IMG/VR virus record: IMGVR_UViG_3300033273_000548
Location: 1 to 54,863 of that record
Direction: 5' to 3' (one strand)
Source: a virus
Taxonomy: Duplodnaviria > Caudoviricetes
DNA length: 54,863 nucleotides
The position numbers were made by a program, and so were the translations under genes. Below, in pieces: positions 42,183 through 51,472 of the stretch. How positions within the stretch are numbered: the first letter of the stretch is position 1; each line of letters begins with the position of its first letter. Under the pieces are notes generated by a model, which was not told the origin of the DNA, did not search any database, and saw only the letters and a list, made by a program, of their open reading frames with translations.

Positions 42183-43347
42183 ACCAAGTAATAATAGAAT
42201 AACGAGTTCCTGAAGTTACTGGCATGACTTCGTGAGGGAACATAAAGTTTGAAGGGAACATCACGATAGATCCTTTACCACCTCTTATCATAATTTCTCT
42301 ATCAAAAAATGCAAACTCACCACCCTCATAGTTATCATTGAGTAAAAAAGAACAACTTACTGTTCTTTGTTCAGCCTTGAATGAATCTGTGTGTTGAGTA
42401 TAAAACTGACCTTCCTTATATCTCAACAAACCATAACCAGTATCAATCTCTGAAGCAACTTCCGAAAATAATTTTCTATATTCATTAATCGCAGTTGAAG
42501 CACAAACAAATAAATCCTCATCTATTTTTTTTCTTACTTCAAAATTTTTACTAATTATGATATCCTGTGAAATATTAATCGCATCGCAATTTCTTATATC
42601 AGTGTTGACATTACCACTACCTACACTAGTTTGTATCCAATCATCACTACTACAATATTCTTCCAATATTCTATCACACAGTTCTTCAGGAACTATATTT
42701 TCCATGGTAAAAATATAGTCTTCTAAACATTTACCACCAGAAGCAACCTGTTCTGTTTTTTCTGGAGGAGTCTCTTCTACAACTGGTTTTTCCTCAATAG
42801 GTTTAGTATTTTCTTGCAATTTATCAAAGTAAGCATAAGAACAATCTCCACGACTTCTAACGTAATGCAAAAATACCTGAGTGTAGTATTCTCCACCATA
42901 CTCTTCTCTCCAATGTGGAGCCTTCTTCCCAAGATAGACCATAGCATCTCCTGGGTTAAGATCCACCTTAACTTCTTTACCATTTGGCGTCTCAATCCAT
43001 ATAGGCCAAGACTGATCGCCATGAAGATGGAGAGTCAGTGAAATTTCGCAGGCATCTCTATCTGTATGCTTCTCTAATACGTTACCATTCTTATATGTTC
43101 TGGCATAAGAATAGGTGGGTAAGACAGTTTCACCGATCGCTGTAGAAACTTCAGGAGTTTTTTCGCAAAGAAGTTCTAGAAAGGGAATATAATTATAAGT
43201 AGAGAATGAATTTGGAACTTGTGGATCTCCACCTATATTGTTCTCTTTACAATACTCCGCAAACTCAAAGGAAAGTTTAGATGATCTTTCTTTTGAGATG
43301 AAGTCATGTAAGATGACATAATTGTTTTCTTCTAAAGTTTTTCTCAT
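42175..43347 (-). CDS. Two-domain 2OG-Fe(II) oxygenase (prolyl-4-hydroxylase-like)
   Basis: Domain 1 LEKHTDR..CEIS..PHWR; domain 2 YTQHTD..YEGGEF..FPSNFMFPHEV.PVTSGTRYSIITW. Confidence 0.9.
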   Translation of the reverse strand: MRKTLEENNYVILHDFISKERSSKLSFEFAEYCKENNIGGDPQVPNSFSTYNYIPFLELLCEKTPEVSTAIGETVLPTYSYARTYKNGNVLEKHTDRDACEISLTLHLHGDQSWPIWIETPNGKEVKVDLNPGDAMVYLGKKAPHWREEYGGEYYTQVFLHYVRSRGDCSYAYFDKLQENTKPIEEKPVVEETPPEKTEQVASGGKCLEDYIFTMENIVPEELCDRILEEYCSSDDWIQTSVGSGNVNTDIRNCDAINISQDIIISKNFEVRKKIDEDLFVCASTAINEYRKLFSEVASEIDTGYGLLRYKEGQFYTQHTDSFKAEQRTVSCSFLLNDNYEGGEFAFFDREIMIRGGKGSIVMFPSNFMFPHEVMPVTSGTRYSIITWYV

Positions 43348-43362
43348 AATAAAAAATAAAAT

Positions 43363-43842
43363 TTAAATTTCTTTTAAAAGTTCCTCAATATCATAGAAAA
43401 GGTCATCCTCTCCTTCTTCAGCACTTGCCTCGGTATCTGTATCTACATCTTCCCCCTCTTCATCATCCTCTCTAGGAGTGTAGGATAAGTGTTCTCTATT
43501 AAAATCGAGGAACTGAGCTTGACGCAACTCTTCTTCTTGCTTTTTCCTTTGATCTTCTGCAATTCTTTCTTGTTCTATAAAAGATAGTTCTTGATCTCTC
43601 TTTTCTTGCCACTGACTAAGAGCCTTTGTAAAAACACAAAATCCATCTATACCAAAGACATTAGTTTGAAGTGGTTGTGCGGGTCCAACAAATTCGATCT
43701 CTCCCTCTTCAGTTTCATCATCCCAGTGAACTGCATGAATTGTTTTTTCTTCATAATCAGGAATCCAAGATAAATCAATATTAAAATAAGCAACACCATC
43801 AACGGCTACAACAGAATCTGAAGGAATAATTGTTACTTTCAT
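43363..43842 (-). CDS. Hypothetical protein (possible tail-fibre assembly helper)
   Basis: MKVTIIPSD..V.VDG..IHAVHW..GEIE; adjacent to collar genes. Confidence 0.55.
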   Translation of the reverse strand: MKVTIIPSDSVVAVDGVAYFNIDLSWIPDYEEKTIHAVHWDDETEEGEIEFVGPAQPLQTNVFGIDGFCVFTKALSQWQEKRDQELSFIEQERIAEDQRKKQEEELRQAQFLDFNREHLSYTPREDDEEGEDVDTDTEASAEEGEDDLFYDIEELLKEI

Positions 43843-43843
43843 T

Positions 43844-44197
43844 TTATTCTCCTGAATTTGATTGTGGTAGAGTATTAGTATTTGTACTAGTTAGAGAAGT
43901 TACATTAACTGGCATAATGCCACTCTGTTGAAGGCCTTCAATATATAGTTGTCTGTTCTCAGTATTGGATTTCACAACTTCATTTCTAAAAGATTCAACA
44001 GCAGCACCAGTTTGTCGTTGTTGTTGAGAGTTTTCAATTGTCAACATGGGCATCCAAGAAACGGCACAAGCCCAATGGTCAACGTCTTGTCCCGTATTAG
44101 GATCCATTCCTCTAACATGCATATACCAAGAACACTTGTGTTCTACGCAATCTTTTTTAATTAGAGGACAAAAATTTCCAGATTGATTTTTTTTCAT
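43844..44197 (-). CDS. Cys-rich hypothetical protein
   Basis: FCPLIKKDC..C.W..G..PNTG..W.CA..AAVESFRNE. Confidence 0.7.
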   Translation of the reverse strand: MKKNQSGNFCPLIKKDCVEHKCSWYMHVRGMDPNTGQDVDHWACAVSWMPMLTIENSQQQRQTGAAVESFRNEVVKSNTENRQLYIEGLQQSGIMPVNVTSLTSTNTNTLPQSNSGE

Positions 44198-44232
44198 ATG
44201 ACAAACAATAATATTTTGTATTATACCACAGA

Positions 44233-44751
44233 TTAACTGAAACTACACACGATAACATCCATGTACAAGATTCTCATATCAAAGGATCCAGTGAAATTAC
44301 AAGTACCAGCCCATGGGTGACTATGAGCATTGCCGCCAGTTGACTGATTGCCGGTGGAGGTGGAATTACGACTCCATCCACCGCCATACTGAACATCACC
44401 TCCTCCAGTATAACTCAACGTAACAGCAGGACTACTGTGTTCATGATAAGGAATTTGAGGATTTGTCAAAGTATGATTACCGGCAATACCTGTCATTGGA
44501 ACACTTGGTTGAGAAACTGGTCGAAGGGATGTTGGAAATATACCACTGAATGTAGTAGTACCTCCTGTTCCGCCGCCAGTTCCACTTACAACTCTAAGTG
44601 CTTTATCATTATTGGCGGTTGATTTAACCCAACCAGTAGGAGCATTTGCTTGATAAAAAACAGATACAGAATTTTGTGGAACAATTCCATACTTAGACCC
44701 TAGAGTAGAGGCATCACTAAATGTTATTCCAGAAGATGTTAAAGTAGCCAT
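44233..44751 (-). CDS. Short tail fibre/collar-like protein, paralog 1
   Basis: FYQANAPTGW..NDKALRVVSG.GG..GG, HTLT..QIP.H.H, HSH motifs. Confidence 0.7.
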   Translation of the reverse strand: MATLTSSGITFSDASTLGSKYGIVPQNSVSVFYQANAPTGWVKSTANNDKALRVVSGTGGGTGGTTTFSGIFPTSLRPVSQPSVPMTGIAGNHTLTNPQIPYHEHSSPAVTLSYTGGGDVQYGGGWSRNSTSTGNQSTGGNAHSHPWAGTCNFTGSFDMRILYMDVIVCSFS

Positions 44752-44788
44752 ATTCTATATAATTTAGACAACCGTATTGTTGAAGTAT

Positions 44789-45382
44789 TTATCCATCGAA
44801 AGTACAGACAAGAACATCAATGTATTGAACTCCTGTGGTAAATGGGGTGGAAAGGGGTCCACTACCAGAAACTGGGTGCTTATGACCATAGCCTGCAGGT
44901 GAGGTGGGTCCATAAGTACTTGATGGATAAGATCGTTGAAATCCTCCATTATTCCCATAGTTAGCAGCTCTTCCAACATCGCCGCCGTTCCAATAATTAA
45001 AACTTCCATCTGGGTTATAAACTGCAGGAACTGCTGATAGAGTTATTCCGGCAGTGGGATGTGAGTGGAACGGCATTTCAGTGTTACCTGTTCCACCCTC
45101 ACCCAATTTATAAAGTCCAGTTTCGTCAGTAGTAGTTAAAGTTCCTTGATAAAGAAATGCGTCTCTTAAAACAGTTGAAAATGCAGTATAACCACCCGAA
45201 GATCCACCAGATCCAGAAACAACTCTTAGTGCTTTATCATTATGAACTTGTTTAGTCCATCCTGTAGGCGCTGAGGCTTGGTAGAAAATCCAGCTTGTAT
45301 TTGATTGGAAAATCCAAGTTCTTGTATCTATCGTGGTAGTGTCATTAAATTGGATTCCAGTTGGTGTTAATTTTGTTGCCAT
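44789..45382 (-). CDS. Short tail fibre/collar-like protein, paralog 2
   Basis: FYQASAPTGW..NDKALRVVSGSGG, EMPFHSH, GHKH, QYIDVLVC. Confidence 0.7.
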   Translation of the reverse strand: MATKLTPTGIQFNDTTTIDTRTWIFQSNTSWIFYQASAPTGWTKQVHNDKALRVVSGSGGSSGGYTAFSTVLRDAFLYQGTLTTTDETGLYKLGEGGTGNTEMPFHSHPTAGITLSAVPAVYNPDGSFNYWNGGDVGRAANYGNNGGFQRSYPSSTYGPTSPAGYGHKHPVSGSGPLSTPFTTGVQYIDVLVCTFDG

Positions 45383-45416
45383 AACCTACTTATGGATATT
45401 AATCATACCTTTTGAG

Positions 45417-45424
45417 TATTTATA
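45417..45424 (-). promoter_or_regulatory. T4-type late promoter
   Basis: TATAAATA upstream of the collar genes. Confidence 0.7.
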
Positions 45425-45426
45425 AC

Positions 45427-45609
45427 TCAACATTGCTCCCGTTTGTTGAACTTCTTACGACACTTCTTCACTTCCTTCATCTCCTCTTTAATCATCTGGT
45501 AAGCATCCTCAGCCTTGATTCTACCACCAAGTTCCATGGCACAGATAATTTCAACTCTAGTTCCAAAGTGTTTCAGTGCTTCTTCAAAGCAATTTAGTTC
45601 TTCATACAT
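45427..45609 (-). CDS. Hypothetical protein
   Basis: MYEELNCFEEALKHFGTRVE. Confidence 0.65.
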   Translation of the reverse strand: MYEELNCFEEALKHFGTRVEIICAMELGGRIKAEDAYQMIKEEMKEVKKCRKKFNKREQC

Positions 45610-45811
45610 CGATTTTATTCTCTGCTAGGATATCTATACGAGCATCAAGAGAGTTCCATGCCTCATACAAAGCATTACTTTGAGATACGTTTTCTTCTTC
45701 CAACACTTTGACTCGATTTTCAAGTTCTTCCAATCTTTCAAGAATAGAATTTATTGGTGGTTCTTCCTTAACTCCCCACTTTTCAAAGAACCAATAAGGA
45801 TTGGTCTTCAT
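45602..45811 (-). CDS. Hypothetical coiled-coil protein
   Basis: 69-aa ORF in operon. Confidence 0.6.
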   Translation of the reverse strand: MKTNPYWFFEKWGVKEEPPINSILERLEELENRVKVLEEENVSQSNALYEAWNSLDARIDILAENKIDV

Positions 45812-45936
45812 TTTTTATCGTTGGTATTGTTTTCTGCTACAGTTCTCCAATATTTGGCAAGGGCTTGGGTAGTCTCCTTAGTCTCTTCCCACTCCCAAGT
45901 ATCACCAGATTTTACAACGAATGTTCTCTTAGTCAT
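45808..45936 (-). CDS. Small hypothetical protein (42 aa, MTKRTFVVKSGDTWEWEE...)
   Basis: Read manually; ATGA-coupled; follows a promoter. Confidence 0.55.
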   Translation of the reverse strand: MTKRTFVVKSGDTWEWEETKETTQALAKYWRTVAENNTNDKK

Positions 45937-45962
45937 AGTTTTATTCGGTAAGTTCACCCCAC

Positions 45963-45991
45963 AGTATAACACAGGTTAGTGATTCTATCAA
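45963..45991 (-). promoter_or_regulatory. Sigma70-like promoter
   Basis: TTGATA-17 nt-TATACT. Confidence 0.6.
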
Positions 45992-47229
45992 GTCTTTGGT
46001 TTAACTTTAATAATATCCCAAATTCTTTGGAACTCTGGAAAAGTTTCAATAACATTCTCATTTCTTATCTTATCAAATCTTCTCATTGAATCTAAGAACT
46101 GGGGTAGTAATTTTATTTCTTGATACAAATCGATGTAAGTAAGAAGACTTTTATAAAAACTGATAGATCTTTTTGCCTCATTGGGAATTAAGAACTCTTC
46201 GATATGTTTTCTTATATTTTCTTTTGCTTCTTCTTTTGTTTTTTTATCTAGAATCCAAACTGTCTGTTCTCTTGGAGTCTGCATAAAATTAAGGAAAAAG
46301 AAATCAACATCTTTCATCAAACCACTATTGTAAAGTTCCTGATGCAACTTAGTGACTTCAAATATATTCAAAGCCTGTACGGTACAATCAAAATGTATCT
46401 GATGGGTTTCCTCTCTGTCCTTATACCTTTCTCTAAATTGTTTGGCATGAGACACAAACCTTTCCCAATTAAATCCTTTTCGAATTAGTTCTCCTCTGGC
46501 ACCAATGCCATCAACACTGACATGAAGTTGAACTTCACTGGTAAACTTATCCCAAGTATCAAAAATATGTCTACCCTTATAGGAAAGATTACTAAAATTA
46601 CTATTATAAGCTAAGGCAACTTTATCATTTCTACCCAATTCAATAAGTTTATCTAAAATTTTCCAATGTTCATCAATGATTAGGGACTCGCCACCAGAAA
46701 AATATAGACTGTCTACCATTTCAATGTATGGTTCAACCTCTTCATATGTTTTTTCTGCAGCATCCCATCTACCAGAAACTTTACCAAAGACTTCCTGTTC
46801 CCAACTAGAACTCGATGTCCAGTGACACATTCTACATTTGAAGTTACACTTACTACTTAACTTCAAATCCCACCAGATAAATCCTGGTGTGTTTACGGTA
46901 TAGTCATCATTAGTATCGTATACAAATTCCTTATACCGACGAAAGAGATCGTGATTGAAGTCCTGTCTCAAAGAACTCTTCCCTGCTGATTGATTGTTAT
47001 AACACACCTGGCACTCTTTGCGGGGAGTCCCGTTTACCATGTCCTCACGAAATTTTCTTATGGGTTCATCGTTCCAAATTTCCCATAGAGACTTTTCTTT
47101 TATATCACCGTAAGTATATTCAGAAACACAACATGGTTTAACTTCACCATCTTGTCTAATATCTAATGCCAACCAAGGGGCACAACAAAAAACTTCACCT
47201 CTTGGTTTTATCTTTCTCTTATTAATCAT
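45988..47229 (-). CDS. Radical SAM protein with N-terminal SPASM/twitch-type domain, paralog 1
   Basis: CCAPW..DGEVKPCC..G.I..SL.EIWN..CQVC; CNFKCRMC; FSGGE; SVDG. Confidence 0.9.
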   Translation of the reverse strand: MINKRKIKPRGEVFCCAPWLALDIRQDGEVKPCCVSEYTYGDIKEKSLWEIWNDEPIRKFREDMVNGTPRKECQVCYNNQSAGKSSLRQDFNHDLFRRYKEFVYDTNDDYTVNTPGFIWWDLKLSSKCNFKCRMCHWTSSSSWEQEVFGKVSGRWDAAEKTYEEVEPYIEMVDSLYFSGGESLIIDEHWKILDKLIELGRNDKVALAYNSNFSNLSYKGRHIFDTWDKFTSEVQLHVSVDGIGARGELIRKGFNWERFVSHAKQFRERYKDREETHQIHFDCTVQALNIFEVTKLHQELYNSGLMKDVDFFFLNFMQTPREQTVWILDKKTKEEAKENIRKHIEEFLIPNEAKRSISFYKSLLTYIDLYQEIKLLPQFLDSMRRFDKIRNENVIETFPEFQRIWDIIKVKPKT

Positions 47230-48547
47230 CAGTCAAAAACCTTTTCAGTTCTGGAAAAACTTCTAGAGAATTTTCATTTCTTATGACATCCAATCCATGC
47301 ATATACTTTCTAAACGTTGGAATCAGATGTTCATTTTTATCAGCAGATAAAAGTTTCAGAACAGACATGTACTGATTGATCGACTTATTTGCTTTTGCAG
47401 GTACGAGATAATTCTTGATATGATACTTAATTTGTTCTCCCAATACTTTTCTAGCTTCGGAATCCAATAAGGTAATAGACAAGTAATCGGGCGTATGCAG
47501 AAGACATAGATTGAAGTCATCCCAATCCTTGATTATTCCACGCATATAAAACTCTTTATGTGCATCAATAAAGTGAAAACTATTCAATATCTGCACAACA
47601 CAGTTAATTGATAGTCTCTGATTTGGGAATTTACTTCTAAGATTTTTATAATTATCTAAGAATCTCTGCCAATCAAATCCTTTTCTAATTAACTCACCTC
47701 GTTTTTCTATACCATCACAACTTATTTGAATTGCTAGATTTGGAAATTGTTTCCACAACTCAAGAACATCATAATCTTTATATTTTAGTGTACTAAAGTT
47801 TGTATTGTATGATATTCTAACTTCCCTATTTCTACCCCGTTGAATTAAGTTATTCAAAATTTTGTAATGGTGGTCTGCAATTAGAGGTTCTCCTCCAGCA
47901 AAGTATACTTCTTCAACAATATCATACAATGGTTCAATATCTTCAAGAACTCCTTGTATATCAACCTGTGGATATTCTCCAGGAATATTAAACTCTTTTC
48001 GCATTTCCTGTTCCCAAGAGCTACTGTATCCAGGTCCACACATTCTGCACTTGAAATTACAGACGTTATTAAATCTAAAATCCCAATAGATTAAATTAAA
48101 TCTATCAAATGTGCCGTCCTCTTTTGTTTCTTTAACATACTTGTAGTGTGAAGAATAAGTATGATTCATATTCTGTCTTGCAGATACGTGGCCAACTTCT
48201 TCTTCTTTATAACAAGTAATACAATAGTTGGACTTCTTTCCACATAACATATTCTTGCGAAGTCCTCGCATCTTCTCATTATTCCAGATTTCTTTCAGCG
48301 ATTCATTCATCAAAGAACCCATTCCAAATGTTCTAGACTCGCCACTACATTCTGTAGAGATAATTTCTAGGGCACTTTCTCTAGTTTCATCTTCCCAAAC
48401 TTGAGTCAGGTTAAAAGATCCTTCTTCATCTGGATCTTCACAGGGCATCAAACAACATGGGTAAACATCTCCATTAGGAGCGACGTTCATATGAACCCAA
48501 GGTGCCATGCAAAAGGTTTTGTTCTCACTCATCGGTACGGTGTTCAT
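47222..48547 (-). CDS. Radical SAM protein with N-terminal SPASM/twitch-type domain, paralog 2
   Basis: FCMAPW..NGDVYPCC..SLKEIWN..CITC; CNFKCRMC; FAGGEP; YNTN. Confidence 0.9.
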   Translation of the reverse strand: MNTVPMSENKTFCMAPWVHMNVAPNGDVYPCCLMPCEDPDEEGSFNLTQVWEDETRESALEIISTECSGESRTFGMGSLMNESLKEIWNNEKMRGLRKNMLCGKKSNYCITCYKEEEVGHVSARQNMNHTYSSHYKYVKETKEDGTFDRFNLIYWDFRFNNVCNFKCRMCGPGYSSSWEQEMRKEFNIPGEYPQVDIQGVLEDIEPLYDIVEEVYFAGGEPLIADHHYKILNNLIQRGRNREVRISYNTNFSTLKYKDYDVLELWKQFPNLAIQISCDGIEKRGELIRKGFDWQRFLDNYKNLRSKFPNQRLSINCVVQILNSFHFIDAHKEFYMRGIIKDWDDFNLCLLHTPDYLSITLLDSEARKVLGEQIKYHIKNYLVPAKANKSINQYMSVLKLLSADKNEHLIPTFRKYMHGLDVIRNENSLEVFPELKRFLTDD

Positions 48548-49191
48548 TGGACCCTATCCTTTTTAGATTTAATTCCGTCCCAGACTTGGTTGTCTAGCCA
48601 ATACTCATCAACATATTTAACATACTTCTTGTTGGGGTCTTCCGAAATAAATTTAAAAATATCTGGATTATCATAATCAACAGGAAAATCTAGGAGTTTA
48701 CTAACCCACTTGAGATAATAATTTCTATGTAAAAAGAATGCTTCATTGTCTAAAAAGTGTACTTTAAAACCACTTCCCATTATTTCATTCTGATAATAAT
48801 GCATTGCTGTTCCCAGAGTAACTTCTCCACGAACCCTTTTTTGTTGTTCACAATTAATGTTCTGGTCTCTTACAATAATACAGATTTGAACATCGATTCC
48901 AAGAGAACTGGCCTTCTCTGCAAACTCTCTAATCTTTGGAACATACCGTTCACCATCATAAAAGAAGGGACAACTTACATTCGCCAACCAATAATCATAA
49001 CCTCCAAAATCTTTACCAGATAACTCTTCTGGATGTACCCAATACTTTGCAAAGTATTCTTCATCACTAGGAACCCAATACTTATCCAATAGACTTTTCC
49101 ATCCACCTACTTTTGGATGTGTACTAAAAACTCTACTAAAGAAATGGTTTCCAGATCCCTGTGGACCTGTGATGATCACAAGTTTTTTCAT
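48544..49191 (-). CDS. P-loop/sulfotransferase-like protein, paralog 1
   Basis: IITGPQGSGNHFFSRVFSTHPKV..IIVRD. Confidence 0.6.
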   Translation of the reverse strand: MKKLVIITGPQGSGNHFFSRVFSTHPKVGGWKSLLDKYWVPSDEEYFAKYWVHPEELSGKDFGGYDYWLANVSCPFFYDGERYVPKIREFAEKASSLGIDVQICIIVRDQNINCEQQKRVRGEVTLGTAMHYYQNEIMGSGFKVHFLDNEAFFLHRNYYLKWVSKLLDFPVDYDNPDIFKFISEDPNKKYVKYVDEYWLDNQVWDGIKSKKDRVQ

Positions 49192-49808
49192 ATGGATTTA
49201 AGAGAGATGCCAGTCTTATTGCAATTGTCCAAAAAGTACTCATCAACATGATGAACGTACTTATCATTGGGATCCTTCGTCAGGATTTCATCTATTCGAG
49301 GATCCCACCAAGCAATAGGTATGCCCACATTTAAAGTTTGGAGATAATATCTCTTGTAAAGATATAGTAACTCATAACTTAAAAAAGTAACATCAGGAAA
49401 GTTAGGGAGTTGTTTCATAAACAACGGAAGAGTACTCTCTTTCCTGAGACGATCCTGTTGATGTCTAAGTATATTTTGATCCCTACCAATTACCAGTATC
49501 TGAGTTTCAATGCCTTGTTTTTCTACTTCTCTAGAGAATTGCATGATGTTTGGTTCCCACTTTTTCTCCTGAATACCAAGTGGGACACTAACACTTGTGA
49601 AGAAATACTCGTGAGTGGACCAATCAAAGTCTTTTAGTTTTGATGGATCTTTCCAATACTCACAAAAAGGTTCTGCAAATCTATGAGCTTCCCAATAATT
49701 ATCGAGAAGAGTTTTCCATCCAAACACCTGTGGATGTAAAGAAAATATTTTGGACCACAAATGATTTCCAGATCCTTGTGGTCCAGTAAGGATTACCAAT
49801 TTTTTCAT
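49188..49808 (-). CDS. P-loop/sulfotransferase-like protein, paralog 2
   Basis: ILTGPQGSGNHLWSKIFSLHPQV..VIGRD..LSYE. Confidence 0.6.
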   Translation of the reverse strand: MKKLVILTGPQGSGNHLWSKIFSLHPQVFGWKTLLDNYWEAHRFAEPFCEYWKDPSKLKDFDWSTHEYFFTSVSVPLGIQEKKWEPNIMQFSREVEKQGIETQILVIGRDQNILRHQQDRLRKESTLPLFMKQLPNFPDVTFLSYELLYLYKRYYLQTLNVGIPIAWWDPRIDEILTKDPNDKYVHHVDEYFLDNCNKTGISLKSI

Positions 49809-49825
49809 TACAAAATAAATTCAGA

Positions 49826-50503
49826 TCAGACAGCAATAGCAGTGTTCTTATTGCTGATCTCAAGAAGATCATAACGCATTTGTTCTACCATTGCAAGAAT
49901 GCGTTCCTGAACATCTGCAGCACCTTCAACCAGTTTCTCTAGTTTCCAACCACCAATGTTAGAGTGGAAACCCTCGTCCTTAGCGATTGCAGCATAACGT
50001 GAAGAGATGAAATCATCTTCGACACACTCAGCCATTTCATACCATACCGCCTCTGCACGACCCTCAGCGACGAGTTGGTATGCAGCAAGTGCAGCAGGGT
50101 CAGAAGATGCCTCATACTTGTCTAGGAGTGATGCACCCTTAGCCTGTGGTGCAGCTTCTTCAGCAGCAAATGCAGCAGCAACATCTAGTTCTTCACCAGA
50201 GATGTGTTCAATGACTTCCTTAACCATGCGGAAGTGTTTTGCTTCGTCCTGTGCCTGTTTGGTGAGAAGTTCTAACTCGGTTACATCCATAGATGCAGGA
50301 GCAGCAGCGATCTCTGCAGAGATTGCTTTCATATTTGCTGCTTCGTTTACCATACGTCCACGGAAGTGTTCTACCATGTGTTCCTTACTTGGGTTAGAAG
50401 CGAAGAAACGACGAACGTTTTCACGGGACTGGGCAAAGAGTTCCGTGTTGCCCTCTCTGATTTTAGCTACGAATTCTTTTCCAGTTAACATTTTAGTTTT
50501 CAT
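49826..50503 (-). CDS. Ferritin-like diiron protein
   Basis: Helical, with NE..DEAKH..AE..DEGFH (two ExxH motifs). Confidence 0.75.
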   Translation of the reverse strand: MKTKMLTGKEFVAKIREGNTELFAQSRENVRRFFASNPSKEHMVEHFRGRMVNEAANMKAISAEIAAAPASMDVTELELLTKQAQDEAKHFRMVKEVIEHISGEELDVAAAFAAEEAAPQAKGASLLDKYEASSDPAALAAYQLVAEGRAEAVWYEMAECVEDDFISSRYAAIAKDEGFHSNIGGWKLEKLVEGAADVQERILAMVEQMRYDLLEISNKNTAIAV

Positions 50504-50518
50504 AAATCGACTTGTTTT

Positions 50519-50525
50519 TATTTAT
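50519..50525 (-). promoter_or_regulatory. Late-promoter-like ATAAATA upstream of the ferritin-like gene
   Basis: ATAAATA 15 nt before the ATG; overlaps the previous stop codon. Confidence 0.4.
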
Positions 50526-51472
50526 GCATGGTTAGTGCATCTGTCCGTTGAGAAAAACTCACTTGGTGGTAAATGGGCCTGAAATGATACGTCATCAGAT
50601 TCATATCCCATGTACCAGTTTTTAAGATAATCCATTTTCTGAACCCACATTTTATACATCTTACGAATTAATTTTTCATTCAATGTACCCAGATTCATTT
50701 CAGAATAAAGAATCTTAAGGTTCTCAATGGTATCATCTTCATTTAAGAACCAGTTACAATCCCATTGATGAGTGATGAGAGTTTTTAACAGATCATTATC
50801 AGTTTTATGTACCTCTGTAAGATTAAAGAGATCATCTACATTACTATTACAGTGGGACTTAATAGTTTGTTGAAGTTCTTTTGATAACTCTTGGAATCCA
50901 CTAACAGTTGTTGAATTTGTTATCTTATCTACATCAGTTATTGGGCCATCGTACCATTTTATATCAGGAATTGGCGCGAAGTCCTTATCCCAACTATCTG
51001 GATCCATATTATCATGTTCAATTTTTATACTTCTTAGTGCTGCAAAAAGTTTTGTATTGACAAGACAAATGAAATACTTAGATCTAAACATATCTGCAAC
51101 AGGATGTCTCACATCCCTCTTCAACATATCAGATAATGGATAGTAGATTGGTACATGTAATCTAGATATTAAAGTTTTTTGTTTGGGATCTTCGGAAAAC
51201 TGTTCAAACTTTTGATCAAAATCATTCACAAAAAAGTTGCGATGATGGATATATCCATTTGATTGATAAGAACTACCATGAAACATGTGAACATCAGACC
51301 AAACAGGTTTTTGATCTACCTTAGCAATAGTAGACATTGTTTTAAAGAAATACTCTACCTTCCCACGAAGAGTGTGATGATTGAAGTAAACTTCATCACT
51401 CATGGTGAGACAAGAACCTAAGAAGTGGCAACCATCCCAACCCAAATGTCCTATTAAAATATTATCGTTCAT
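50522..51472 (-). CDS. Hypothetical protein (possibly degenerate sulfotransferase fold)
   Basis: N-terminal ILIGHLGWDGCHFLGSCL loop; cluster context. Confidence 0.55.
   Translation of the reverse strand: MNDNILIGHLGWDGCHFLGSCLTMSDEVYFNHHTLRGKVEYFFKTMSTIAKVDQKPVWSDVHMFHGSSYQSNGYIHHRNFFVNDFDQKFEQFSEDPKQKTLISRLHVPIYYPLSDMLKRDVRHPVADMFRSKYFICLVNTKLFAALRSIKIEHDNMDPDSWDKDFAPIPDIKWYDGPITDVDKITNSTTVSGFQELSKELQQTIKSHCNSNVDDLFNLTEVHKTDNDLLKTLITHQWDCNWFLNEDDTIENLKILYSEMNLGTLNEKLIRKMYKMWVQKMDYLKNWYMGYESDDVSFQAHLPPSEFFSTDRCTNHA

Noticed and set aside
45427-45936. Small ORFs downstream of the radical SAM pair as RiPP precursor peptides
   Set aside because: They have their own sigma70-like promoter, look like ordinary phage early ORFs, and show no leader/core pattern.
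50007-50582. Long plus-strand ORFs such as 50007-50582, 6054-6575, 19863-20300 and 9188-9550
   Set aside because: They are antisense shadows of well-supported minus-strand genes and carry no recognisable motifs.
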